Below the pieces are notes generated by a model. That model was not told the DNA's origin and ran no database searches. It saw nothing but the letters and a program-made list of their open reading frames with translations. A stretch of DNA of 64,000 bases from sequence record MN709127.1, one strand, 5' to 3'. Source of the DNA: Escherichia phage Ec_Makalu_002. Shown piece by piece: positions 26,334-34,648 of this stretch (position 1 is its first letter; each line of letters starts with the position of its first letter). The position numbers and the translations under genes are program-made.

Positions 26334-26378
26334 AATAAAAATTCCTTAATAATCAATAACTTACAAAATCATATAGCC

Positions 26379-26405
26379 AAAATATAGGCGGGATTATTTC
26401 CCGCC
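26379..26405 (-). terminator. terminator hairpin after gene 31
   Basis: GGCGGGAAATAATCCCGCC followed by TATATTTT on minus strand. Confidence 0.45.
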
Positions 26406-26416
26406 GTTTAAACTCA

Positions 26417-26740
26417 TTAACCGTAAACTACCACAATATTCTGTTTGTGTGTTACAGTCCATTTCAGGTCGATCTCTTCTTCCTTCTTAACGCCGTTAAT
26501 AACGTCTGGATGAGGAACTTTATTCATCTTGCCGTGTGGCAGTAGAACAGTTTTACCCAGCAATTCTTTATCTACAGTTTCACCAATATCAATAATCTTA
26601 CCTACCAGCGGAATCTCGCCCATAGTGCGCTTTTGCTCAATAATGATCCCCATAGAGCTTTTTACTTCGGTTCCTGCGCTTTCTGCTTTAGCTTCGATAA
26701 TTACATAATCACCAAGTGCTTTAGGAGTTTTAACGGTCAT
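26417..26740 (-). CDS. 31: co-chaperonin gp31 (GroES-like)
   Basis: 107 aa; GroES-like pattern; position between cd and gene 30 as in T4. Confidence 0.75.
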   Translation of the reverse strand: MTVKTPKALGDYVIIEAKAESAGTEVKSSMGIIIEQKRTMGEIPLVGKIIDIGETVDKELLGKTVLLPHGKMNKVPHPDVINGVKKEEEIDLKWTVTHKQNIVVVYG

Positions 26741-26780
26741 AATTTCTTACCTCTTCAAATCAATACAGTTTAATGATGAA

Positions 26781-27101
26781 TTATTTATAAATTTCGACGA
26801 TCTGCGCTGGAGTCAGCCCGTCTACATTAATCAGACTATCAAGCCCAAAACTACGGAAACCTTCAACTGCAATTTCATATACTGGCAAAGATGTTTCTGA
26901 TTCTTTACGCGGTTTTTCTACATTAGGAACTAACCACTTTTCGTATGTTTCAAAAGGCATCAGTGCCGGATCTCGCGTGGCGATCATCTCGCGGACAGTA
27001 CCATCTTTCTTAGTAAACTGCAAAGAGTGAGTACCGACCGAAAACATTTTCTTTAGTGCTTCACGAAGTGCGATAATATCAATTTGTTCAGTCATTATCA
27101 A
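26781..27101 (-). CDS. hypothetical protein (about 104 aa)
   Basis: ORF track; ATG at about 27095 likely; overlaps cd stop. Confidence 0.5.
   Translation of the reverse strand: MIMTEQIDIIALREALKKMFSVGTHSLQFTKKDGTVREMIATRDPALMPFETYEKWLVPNVEKPRKESETSLPVYEIAVEGFRSFGLDSLINVDGLTPAQIVEIYK
26782..26789 (-). promoter_or_regulatory. late promoter box TATAAATA upstream of gene 31
   Basis: Exact TATAAATA on minus strand about 40 nt upstream of gp31 ATG, inside 3' end of upstream ORF. Confidence 0.4.
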
Positions 27102-27615
27102 TACCCTTCAAATCAGTCAGTAATGCTTTTGGAATACGCGTAACCGTAATGTCGGCTTTATCCAAAATATCAGCCCAATCACGCCCACCATTTCGATCAT
27201 ATGTGTCGCAATAGTATAGATGTTTAATTCCACTGTTTGCAATTGCTTTAGCGCAATCTGGACACGGTGAAGCCGTACACCACATACTAGCTCCTTCAAT
27301 CGATACACCGCTACGGGCAGCAAACAAAATAGCATTTAATTCAGCATGGATCTCGTTTTTCTGTGACCATGCACTATGCTCTGGTCGTTTTTCTGGGATC
27401 ATTTTACCTTCATCATCCAGCCAACCGCTTTTATGTGCATGACAGCTACAGTTTTCTTGTCCTGCTGGAGTACCATTAAATCCAGTAGAAATGATTCGCC
27501 CGTCTTTTTCAATTAGTGCGCCTACCTTCCACGAAACACATTTAGAGTTCTTTGCGATCAGGTAGGCGATCTGCATGTAAGTTTGTGATAACATAATATA
27601 ATCCTCACATATCAA
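27088..27615 (-). CDS. cd: dCMP deaminase
   Basis: HAELNA ... PCPDCAK zinc-binding motifs; aligns to T4 Cd from internal Met (about 27594). Confidence 0.85.
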   Translation of the reverse strand: MICEDYIMLSQTYMQIAYLIAKNSKCVSWKVGALIEKDGRIISTGFNGTPAGQENCSCHAHKSGWLDDEGKMIPEKRPEHSAWSQKNEIHAELNAILFAARSGVSIEGASMWCTASPCPDCAKAIANSGIKHLYYCDTYDRNGGRDWADILDKADITVTRIPKALLTDLKGIDND

Positions 27616-27819
27616 TTAACCGTATACGCGAAAGTATTCTACTGACCCGTCGCTATACTGTTTTACATTGAATGTATTCACACCATGATTATTTCTCATG
27701 ATGACATATAAACTACGACGTTCATCGCTAAACGGCATAACTGGTGCTGGTTCAATGTCAACATTAAAACCACGTTTAGCAAGTGCGTCGCCTAATTTCT
27801 TGATTTTATCGGTAAACAT
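27616..27819 (-). CDS. hypothetical small protein (67 aa)
   Basis: ORF track; between pseT and cd. Confidence 0.45.
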   Translation of the reverse strand: MFTDKIKKLGDALAKRGFNVDIEPAPVMPFSDERRSLYVIMRNNHGVNTFNVKQYSDGSVEYFRVYG

Positions 27820-28697
27820 TAAAAGTCTCCGTAGTTAACCTGAAAACATTCTACACCGATTGTGCGGTACATGTCAACCACTTGGTCACGGTCATCCACT
27901 GCCAAAACAACATGATAACGTGGTGCAATTTCCGAGAAAAAGATCTCTTTCTTCACTTCATGATCTGGACGTCGATCATTAGTTTCACGTTGAAAGTGAT
28001 CGCTAGGTTCAATACCCTGTTCACGCAACCATTGCAGAGTATCTTCTTCGCAAACATCCTCACGCCCTGAGCATGTAATGATACGATAACCATTATCACG
28101 ATACAGTTTAAGCATTTCGATCACTTGCGGACGCGGTTTATCTTCTTTGACCTTTGTCCAGTCAAACGGATGACGACCGCCCTTATCCGCTAATGTTCCA
28201 TCAATATCAAAGATCACTGCCTTTGGCAGCATGGTATTCGGTTTGTATACTTCTTGACCCATATATTCCTGCATCAGATAAAATTGGTTACGTAAATGAG
28301 ATAGCGGAATTGCTTTCTCGCCGCGATAGAAATTACGTTTCTTTAGTGTCTCAAACGGTTCATTGAACACTTGTTCAGTATACACCGCGTTAAATTCTTT
28401 TGCAAGTTCTTTGTAGAATACACGATGTTTTTCTTTCAGGTTGGTATCAGAGATAATTATACTCAATCCGCGCGATAGAGTCTCGCGAGCAATCATTCTC
28501 TGAACAGACTCTACCAGCTTTTCCTTTTCCTTAGTATATTTGTATTTCAAAGGTGAGTCAACACCAAACAACATAAGACGAAGATCATCACGATTCACAT
28601 TACGATAATTACTAAACCGTTTACACGTTTCCATAGCCCATGTAGTTTTACCGGACCCAGAACAACCAACGGTTAAAATCACTTCACATTTCGGCAT
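27819..28697 (-). CDS. pseT: polynucleotide 5'-kinase / 3'-phosphatase
   Basis: P-loop GCSGSGKTT; phosphatase DxDGT (FDIDGTLA); aligns with remembered T4 Pnk. Confidence 0.9.
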   Translation of the reverse strand: MPKCEVILTVGCSGSGKTTWAMETCKRFSNYRNVNRDDLRLMLFGVDSPLKYKYTKEKEKLVESVQRMIARETLSRGLSIIISDTNLKEKHRVFYKELAKEFNAVYTEQVFNEPFETLKKRNFYRGEKAIPLSHLRNQFYLMQEYMGQEVYKPNTMLPKAVIFDIDGTLADKGGRHPFDWTKVKEDKPRPQVIEMLKLYRDNGYRIITCSGREDVCEEDTLQWLREQGIEPSDHFQRETNDRRPDHEVKKEIFFSEIAPRYHVVLAVDDRDQVVDMYRTIGVECFQVNYGDF

Positions 28698-29149
28698 TAT
28701 TTCTCCTTCGGTTTACACCGTTCCTCATTGAGTTCTTTGCGATAATAACACATGATCAACTTACTTTCAAGTGTATATCTCTTAATATCAGCCAACCAGA
28801 CTCTAAATTTTTGGGAGTCCTCCCATGACATAGAAACTCTAGGCTTACCGTCTATTGTATCCACATTCAGGTCAATGTCAACTTTTTCTATTGGTGCTGG
28901 TAGTGGTGGATGTAATTTCGGTTCCTGTGAATAATGGTCCAGTGTACACGAAGAAAGCGCAAATACAATAGGCACAGCGAAGACATGGATTATGGCGGTC
29001 TGAAAATTCTTATGTGCTTTCTTAAATATCCAGTGTATCACGAAAATTGAAAACACCATCAGGATAATAATGCTTGCACCTATCCACAGATAATCAACCA
29101 GATTAAAATTGCTTATCTGCTCTTGCGTAGGCAATATTTCTATGCTCAT
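28697..29149 (-). CDS. hypothetical membrane protein (150 aa)
   Basis: Two hydrophobic segments; where T4 has alc, but no similarity I can assert. Confidence 0.45.
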   Translation of the reverse strand: MSIEILPTQEQISNFNLVDYLWIGASIIILMVFSIFVIHWIFKKAHKNFQTAIIHVFAVPIVFALSSCTLDHYSQEPKLHPPLPAPIEKVDIDLNVDTIDGKPRVSMSWEDSQKFRVWLADIKRYTLESKLIMCYYRKELNEERCKPKEK

Positions 29150-29520
29150 TTAGTAGCCTCCTTTAATTCTTCGGTAAACTCCTTAAATGAGTCATTAAGC
29201 TGTTTCTCTACCAACTTGGGTTTTTGTGCTACTACATAGCCTCGTGTAGCGTCTTTCATTGCTTTGTTTTGTTCTTCTGCAAACTTAGTTCTTATTCCGT
29301 ACATATCCTTTTGTAGTGAGTCTACGACCTTCATCTTTTCATCTGTCTTTTTCTTATACTCTGTAAATTCCTGATTCAGTCGATCTACCTCCTTTTTATT
29401 TTCCCACCACATATTGCCACCTACCCCCAGCAACACAGATATGATAACAATGTATATCAGCTTTGACATATTACCCCCAACGACAAAAGGCGGGGAACTA
29501 GCCCCGCTTATTATTACCAA
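29146..29520 (-). CDS. hypothetical membrane-anchored protein
   Basis: Likely ATG about 29469 (MSKLIYIVIISVLLGVGG...), N-terminal TM helix then charged domain. Confidence 0.45.
   Translation of the reverse strand: MVIISGASSPPFVVGGNMSKLIYIVIISVLLGVGGNMWWENKKEVDRLNQEFTEYKKKTDEKMKVVDSLQKDMYGIRTKFAEEQNKAMKDATRGYVVAQKPKLVEKQLNDSFKEFTEELKEATK
29485..29507 (-). terminator. GC hairpin (terminator-like) after rnlA
   Basis: GCGGGGCTAGTTCCCCGC followed by CTTTTG. Confidence 0.4.
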
Positions 29521-30683
29521 TCAATCTTATCAGCCGGAATAAGTTTCTTATAATTCCGTAGATAGTAAGTTTTCATTGAATCCAGAATACGGTCATAATC
29601 AAGACCATCAAATGCAATCATCAGACACATGAAAATATATGCTTGTGCATCACCATGTTTACGTGATTCGATAGTCGCATTGGATGCATATGTCTTTCTG
29701 TCTTCTCCCGCGTGTGCGTTATAAAATTCTGTTGCTGTCGTGAATGCATTGCGAAGAATAGACCTGAATGCTTCCTCGAATAGCTCGATTCGTTCCAGTG
29801 CTTCCGGTTCACCTTCATATGCAGCACGCAAATCATCGGTTTCGCTTTCTACGACATAGTAGATCAGGTTATTAGGAAACATCGATGTGTTTTTAATGTT
29901 ATGCACACCAATATACCATTCACTTTTCACCTTGAACATCTGACCGTCTTTGGTTCGTGCAACAATTCCCTCGATACCTTCCGCTACCCGAACTTCATCA
30001 AGAATATTGCTAAAACGCGCTGAATCAACCTGTAACGCATTTACCAGATGAGGACGCAGGATTGCATCAGCGAATAGTATTTGATGCGGTACATACTCTC
30101 CTGTGACGTTATGGCGTACATTCAGAAGTGTTAGCGACGGTTCAGAATATTCTACAACAATTCGGTTGCTGGGTGCTGTATATTCAAAGTTGAAAGTATA
30201 ATCAGATCCAATATCGGCGATCTTAGCACGTAGTTCCGCATACTTCTCTGAATACAGAAGACCGTTTGCTCTCTCTGCCTGGCTTGAGTACAAGGCCGCT
30301 TTAGACTTCAACTGAACATAGCCGTTATCAATGTATGTGCTTACTAGACTACCGTCCATTTTGTCCATGACCATTTCCACATCTTCCGGCTTAAAGCGAG
30401 CGCGATCATTCTCGCCTAAATTAAAAAACTTCTCCATAGGACGAGATGCAATGCGGACCGGACGACCTTTATCGTCAATTTCAAACATGATCCCGCGACA
30501 CTCTAACGCATCTGGTTTATTCCACATTTCCGGTTTGCTCAAGTACAGATAGCTAAAAATGCGCATATGGGTTTGCATCGCCGTAATTTCATCTTTGTAA
30601 TAGAACGTATCAGATCCGTCACATAGTGCCATCAGATTTTTGAACAATGCTAAAACTTTTTTGTTGTTTTCTTTTGTTGACAT
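29514..30683 (-). CDS. rnlA: RNA ligase 1
   Basis: Aligns with remembered T4 Rnl1 (ECRGIMFE, EDGSLVS region); 389 aa. Confidence 0.9.
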   Translation of the reverse strand: MSTKENNKKVLALFKNLMALCDGSDTFYYKDEITAMQTHMRIFSYLYLSKPEMWNKPDALECRGIMFEIDDKGRPVRIASRPMEKFFNLGENDRARFKPEDVEMVMDKMDGSLVSTYIDNGYVQLKSKAALYSSQAERANGLLYSEKYAELRAKIADIGSDYTFNFEYTAPSNRIVVEYSEPSLTLLNVRHNVTGEYVPHQILFADAILRPHLVNALQVDSARFSNILDEVRVAEGIEGIVARTKDGQMFKVKSEWYIGVHNIKNTSMFPNNLIYYVVESETDDLRAAYEGEPEALERIELFEEAFRSILRNAFTTATEFYNAHAGEDRKTYASNATIESRKHGDAQAYIFMCLMIAFDGLDYDRILDSMKTYYLRNYKKLIPADKIDW

Positions 30684-31080
30684 AATTTGTGTTCCATTCT
30701 GGTTTAAATTTGGTGATCAAAACAGGTTCTTCGATATCGGCAGTGCTTATAATATCCTTACCCGTTGGATTCTCAATATATAACTCAAAGCACTGGCGGT
30801 AATAGAATGTTACTGTCTTACCTTCCTCTAGCGCCTTATGAATATTCTTACTCTTGCGAGTATCCGCTGTTGGTGTTTGTCTGTTAATGCTAGTCCGATA
30901 ATAATTGATCCTCTTTCTGAGATTGACAGTCTGACCAATGTATACCAGTTCATCATCAACCGCAATAGCGTAAAGAACGTTTAAACGGTTCTTCTGAGGA
31001 GGCAGAATCACATCACCATCTTTACACTCTAAACATGAATATTTAACGAATCCATAGTTTTCTATTAGCTCATTAACCAT
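30619..31080 (-). CDS. denA: endonuclease II (GIY-YIG)
   Basis: NVLYAIAVDDELVYIGQTVNLRKRINYYRT nearly identical to remembered T4 DenA; 3' end overlaps rnlA start by about 65 nt. Confidence 0.85.
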   Translation of the reverse strand: MVNELIENYGFVKYSCLECKDGDVILPPQKNRLNVLYAIAVDDELVYIGQTVNLRKRINYYRTSINRQTPTADTRKSKNIHKALEEGKTVTFYYRQCFELYIENPTGKDIISTADIEEPVLITKFKPEWNTNYVNKRKQQKSFSIVQKSDGTM

Positions 31081-31100
31081 TATCCTTTCCTCACGTCACA

Positions 31101-31123
31101 ACAAAGGCGGGATTTCTCCCGCC
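31101..31123 (-). other. intergenic GC hairpin
   Basis: GGCGGGAGAAATCCCGCC between upstream ORF and denA. Confidence 0.35.
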
Positions 31124-31130
31124 CACCTTA

Positions 31131-31529
31131 TTAACTTTCCAGAATATCGCGAGCTTCGTTACGCTCCTTGATGATTTTCAGGACAAATTCCAGTTTTTCT
31201 TTGTTTAGTGTTCCGTTTTCCATTGCTTCTTTGACGGTAAACACTCCGCCACCTTGCCCGTATACAGTGACAGTGATTTCACCTAACATCGTGGTATGAA
31301 AACCTCCAATTTTCGGTGATTCGAAAGAAACAATTACCTCGCGGACAGTATTACCGTCGTTGATTTCTGAGAGGGTAATGTCGTTTTTGTAGGCGGTTGC
31401 TTTAACCATACGGATCAACATAGTCTGATCTGGGGAGATGGTCATTTTGTCCATTGCATGTTGCAATGCAGCGTAACCGAAAACTTTAACGAAGTCCAGA
31501 ACGTCTTTGCGAGTTTGAAATTTAATCAT
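31131..31529 (-). CDS. hypothetical protein (132 aa)
   Basis: ORF track; ATG, own promoter. Confidence 0.5.
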   Translation of the reverse strand: MIKFQTRKDVLDFVKVFGYAALQHAMDKMTISPDQTMLIRMVKATAYKNDITLSEINDGNTVREVIVSFESPKIGGFHTTMLGEITVTVYGQGGGVFTVKEAMENGTLNKEKLEFVLKIIKERNEARDILES

Positions 31530-31562
31530 CTTGATACTCCTTAGTTGTTTTGGGATGGGAGT

Positions 31563-31591
31563 ATCTTACTACTCCCGTGATATGCTGTCAA
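31563..31591 (-). promoter_or_regulatory. sigma70-like early promoter (TTGACA-17-TAAGAT)
   Basis: Hexamers at 17-nt spacing. Confidence 0.4.
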
Positions 31592-31599
31592 CTGCTTTT

Positions 31600-31749
31600 T
31601 TATGCAACCGCAAACATCAACATTTGAACATTCTTGGCTGTCTGGCTTTCAAAGTTCTGACATTCTTTGATAATGTCCTCTACTTTCTCGCCGGAGATCT
31701 CCGCGTAAGTTTCGATTGCCATTTTCAGTACCGCGTCAAAGTTGTTCAT
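31600..31749 (-). CDS. hypothetical small protein (49 aa)
   Basis: Hand-translated (MNNFDAVLKMAIETYAEISGEKVEDII...); RBS GGAGAA. Confidence 0.35.
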   Translation of the reverse strand: MNNFDAVLKMAIETYAEISGEKVEDIIKECQNFESQTAKNVQMLMFAVA

Positions 31750-31787
31750 TTGATTCTCCTTAAAGTGTATTTCGTTTCGATGGGGGT

Positions 31788-31816
31788 ATATTAATACCCC
31801 CGTTTCATGCTGTCAA
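31788..31816 (-). promoter_or_regulatory. sigma70-like early promoter (TTGACA-17-TAATAT)
   Basis: Hexamers at 17-nt spacing. Confidence 0.35.
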
Positions 31817-32035
31817 CTACTTTTTAATGACAAGTTCGAATTTTGCTACCTTGCGTCCTCGTTTATTGAAAGCAACCCACGGACGGTTTTCAATGTAGAA
31901 CAATTCTTCGCCAATAATGAATACTGGCTGATTGTAAAGGCGACCCATCAGGTCACGCTGGCGAATGGTATTAGATTCGTATACTTCGCCTACTACAAAG
32001 TGCTTGCTGATAGAGTCGGTGCAAGTAAATTTCAT
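31817..32035 (-). CDS. hypothetical small protein (72 aa)
   Basis: ORF track; ATG, RBS. Confidence 0.45.
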   Translation of the reverse strand: MKFTCTDSISKHFVVGEVYESNTIRQRDLMGRLYNQPVFIIGEELFYIENRPWVAFNKRGRKVAKFELVIKK

Positions 32036-32068
32036 TTTGATTCTCCTTTGTTTCGTTTCGATGGGAGT

Positions 32069-32097
32069 ATCTTACAACTCCCAATATTCAGTGTCAA
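32069..32097 (-). promoter_or_regulatory. sigma70-like early promoter (TTGACA-17-TAAGAT)
   Basis: Hexamers at 17-nt spacing. Confidence 0.4.
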
Positions 32098-32104
32098 CTG
32101 CTTT

Positions 32105-32323
32105 TTACTTGTTGTATTCATTCCACCAACGAGTAAGTTTATCGATTATTTTTGTGTTTCTATCCAATTTCTCCCACCGTTTACGCGGGTTTATAAGCCG
32201 GAATAGGTAGGGTGTACTTGTTAAGTGAACTCGGTCAAAATAATGGTTGATAAGCTGGCATTCAATTCTCAATTTCATCTTTTTACGATGAAAATATGCA
32301 ATTACTTGTTCTTCTGTTTCCAT
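32105..32323 (-). CDS. hypothetical small protein (72 aa)
   Basis: ORF track; ATG, RBS. Confidence 0.45.
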   Translation of the reverse strand: METEEQVIAYFHRKKMKLRIECQLINHYFDRVHLTSTPYLFRLINPRKRWEKLDRNTKIIDKLTRWWNEYNK

Positions 32324-32347
32324 ATGTTCCTCCGTTTCGATGCGTGC

Positions 32348-32376
32348 ATTATGCTATGGCAAGATCCGATTGTCAA
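32348..32376 (-). promoter_or_regulatory. sigma70-like early promoter (TTGACA-17-CATAAT)
   Basis: Hexamers at 17-nt spacing. Confidence 0.4.
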
Positions 32377-32382
32377 CACCCA

Positions 32383-32412
32383 ATAACAAAAAAGTCGCCA
32401 CTATGGGCGACT
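32383..32412 (-). terminator. rho-independent terminator
   Basis: AGTCGCCCATAGTGGCGACT followed by TTTTTGTTATT on minus strand. Confidence 0.5.
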
Positions 32413-32423
32413 TAGGTTAAACA

Positions 32424-32900
32424 TTAATCATGACCGTGGTTGGCAAGATCCGCTCGTGTCTTATCTTTGTGATTTCCTACGTCAAAGACACGATAGCCGT
32501 TTTCTCGGAGAACTTTAATCACTTCTGGGTTATCCTCAAAGACTCCCACCACTTCATCTTTATCAAATGATTTAATTACCTCTAATTTGATGTGATAGTC
32601 TTTACGGGAATCGGTACGGCCTCTCATAAAGATTTTATCAAAACACACCCCGTTAGAAATTAACCAATCAATTGTTTCCATGTAAGCATGTGAACTTCGT
32701 CCGGTGAGGATGTAAATCAAATGACCGTTGTCCGAAAGAGCATTGATAACACGAATTACATCGTAAATGGGGGAATCTCCCCCACATGCCTTGTTATATT
32801 CGATCCATGACTCGACTTTATCAAGATTTTCGGTTGGCATCTTTGCTAGTCGATGCGTTGGATCTGTGATCGTAAAATCTAAATCGACAAAATATATCAT
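32424..32900 (-). CDS. HAD-superfamily phosphatase-like protein
   Basis: N-terminal DxDxT motif (VDLDFTIT), later GRSS and terminal GD; ATGA-coupled to nrdB. Confidence 0.5.
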   Translation of the reverse strand: MIYFVDLDFTITDPTHRLAKMPTENLDKVESWIEYNKACGGDSPIYDVIRVINALSDNGHLIYILTGRSSHAYMETIDWLISNGVCFDKIFMRGRTDSRKDYHIKLEVIKSFDKDEVVGVFEDNPEVIKVLRENGYRVFDVGNHKDKTRADLANHGHD

Positions 32901-34057
32901 AGATATTTCCCGAATCGGTTGTAGTCGTCGTCTGTTAAATCGGTATTAACCTGAGATACCAGATACATAATCTCTACTTCTTGCGCCGCGTTTTGAACTT
33001 CGTCAGAGTTTAACCACTTACGCATCCACGGTAAAGGATGACGACGAACACTAAACGGGCTTTTCAGTCCGGCAGCACGCATACGGGAATCTGCCAGGTA
33101 TTCTACATAGGTTTTCAGAATTTCCGGTGACAGGTTAGGAATTGCCCCCATTGCGAATAAGTGATCTACCCATTCTTTTTCTTGCTCGACAACATCCAGA
33201 AAGATTTTCGTTGCTTCGTCTTCAAGTTCTTCCGCAATCTGTTTCCACTCATCACCATCAGCCCCCGTTTGCCATTGACGAATAATGTATTGTGTTCCTT
33301 TTAAGTGAAGTTGTTCATCACGCGCAATAAATTTCATGATCTTCGCGTTACCTTCCAGTAAACCACGTTCGGCAAAGCTGAAAGTACATGCAAAGGACAC
33401 ATAAAAACGGATTGCTTCCAAAGCATTAACGCAGTGTGCACACAGATAAATCGACGCCATCAGATCTCGTTTTGTATCTTCAAAAACTCTTCTTGCATCA
33501 TCTAATGCTGTCTGGTCGTCTCGTTCTTCCCAATAGCGGAGATCTTCTTTTGCGTTCTCATACTTACGAATCCAATAAAGAACATCATCATAATATTGCC
33601 CGATAGATTCCGCTCGCTTCATGATCGCAGGGTTATCGATGATCTGGTCAAACTCACTAGCCGGATCAATGAAACAGTTACGCATGATGTGAGTATAACT
33701 GCGGCTATGAATTGTCTCGCTGAATGTCCAGGTTTGTAACCATGTATCGAGAGTTGGATCAGATACAATTGGACCAAAGGCTGCGGACGGTGCGCGACCT
33801 TGAATAGAATCAAGTAATGTCTGATACTTCAAGTTTTCTGTAAAGAAACGTTTTTCAACATCGCCCATATTCAGATATTGAATGCGGTCGGTTGCAAGTG
33901 AAATCTCTTCTGGACGCCAGAAAAATGACAGAGATTTTTCAATTAATTCTTCAAATACTTGATGACGCTGAATGTCATAGCGAGCAATCCCTAAATCACT
34001 ACCCAGAAACATTGGTTCGTTCATAATATCAACATGTTCGCGGTTAAATACGCTCAT
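32897..34057 (-). CDS. nrdB: ribonucleotide reductase small subunit
   Basis: 386 aa; di-iron/tyrosyl radical R2 pattern; next to nrdA. Confidence 0.9.
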   Translation of the reverse strand: MSVFNREHVDIMNEPMFLGSDLGIARYDIQRHQVFEELIEKSLSFFWRPEEISLATDRIQYLNMGDVEKRFFTENLKYQTLLDSIQGRAPSAAFGPIVSDPTLDTWLQTWTFSETIHSRSYTHIMRNCFIDPASEFDQIIDNPAIMKRAESIGQYYDDVLYWIRKYENAKEDLRYWEERDDQTALDDARRVFEDTKRDLMASIYLCAHCVNALEAIRFYVSFACTFSFAERGLLEGNAKIMKFIARDEQLHLKGTQYIIRQWQTGADGDEWKQIAEELEDEATKIFLDVVEQEKEWVDHLFAMGAIPNLSPEILKTYVEYLADSRMRAAGLKSPFSVRRHPLPWMRKWLNSDEVQNAAQEVEIMYLVSQVNTDLTDDDYNRFGKYL

Positions 34058-34060
34058 TAA

Positions 34061-34240
34061 TTCACCTCACTATCACTTTTTAATACAAAAGAACTTAGTA
34101 TTTCTGTTTATGTCTCTATCCTGTTGCAATTCCTGCATGGCTTCAAAACAACTTTGATGTGATGAAAACTCTACGCTGGTAACAGTTCCTTTATTATATA
34201 CCCCGACACTAACGGACAGCAATAACCATAATGTAGCCAT
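34061..34240 (-). CDS. hypothetical small protein with hydrophobic N-terminus (59 aa), tandem paralog
   Basis: Hand-translated MATLWLLLSVSVGVYNKGTVTSVEFSSHQSCFEAM... Confidence 0.35.
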
Positions 34241-34413
34241 TAGTTCACCTTCTGCTTTTCAATGCAATACAGATTCATAAAGCGTTTATTGTCTTCGCGG
34301 ATAATCTCGCGAGCTTTAACGCAATCCTGCTTTGTTGCAAACTCAATGCTTGACATATTTCCGTAATTATACATTGAATTGCTTATTGCAATCAATAACC
34401 ATACAGTAGCCAT
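34240..34413 (-). CDS. hypothetical small protein with hydrophobic N-terminus (57 aa), tandem paralog
   Basis: Hand-translated MATVWLLIAISNSMYNYGNMSSIEFATKQDCVKAREII...; TAATG overlaps on both sides. Confidence 0.35.
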   Translation of the reverse strand: MATVWLLIAISNSMYNYGNMSSIEFATKQDCVKAREIIREDNKRFMNLYCIEKQKVN

Positions 34414-34643
34414 TATCCGACAACCTCAAAACATTTATCATCAGGAAGAATAGCCCATTCTACGCCGTATTCATCCTTAACGTAGTAGCAAGTCCCATCA
34501 TGTCGAGCATCATATTCATCACCGACAACAAAGCTATCAGCTAGCTCAAAATCTACAGCAACACATTTTAATTTTGCCATAATAAAATCCTCATTTGTTT
34601 TTGATGGTTGCATTATAGCGGGGATTTCTCCCCGCGTCAACAC
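34413..34643 (-). CDS. hypothetical small protein
   Basis: Track ORF starts upstream of the promoter; likely ATG about 34580 (MAKLKCVAVDF..., 55 aa). Confidence 0.45.
   Translation of the reverse strand: MLTRGEIPAIMQPSKTNEDFIMAKLKCVAVDFELADSFVVGDEYDARHDGTCYYVKDEYGVEWAILPDDKCFEVVG
34612..34640 (-). promoter_or_regulatory. sigma70-like early promoter (TTGACG-CGGGGAGAAATCCCCGC-TATAAT)
   Basis: Consensus -10, 17-nt palindromic spacer. Confidence 0.5.
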
Positions 34644-34648
34644 TTATT

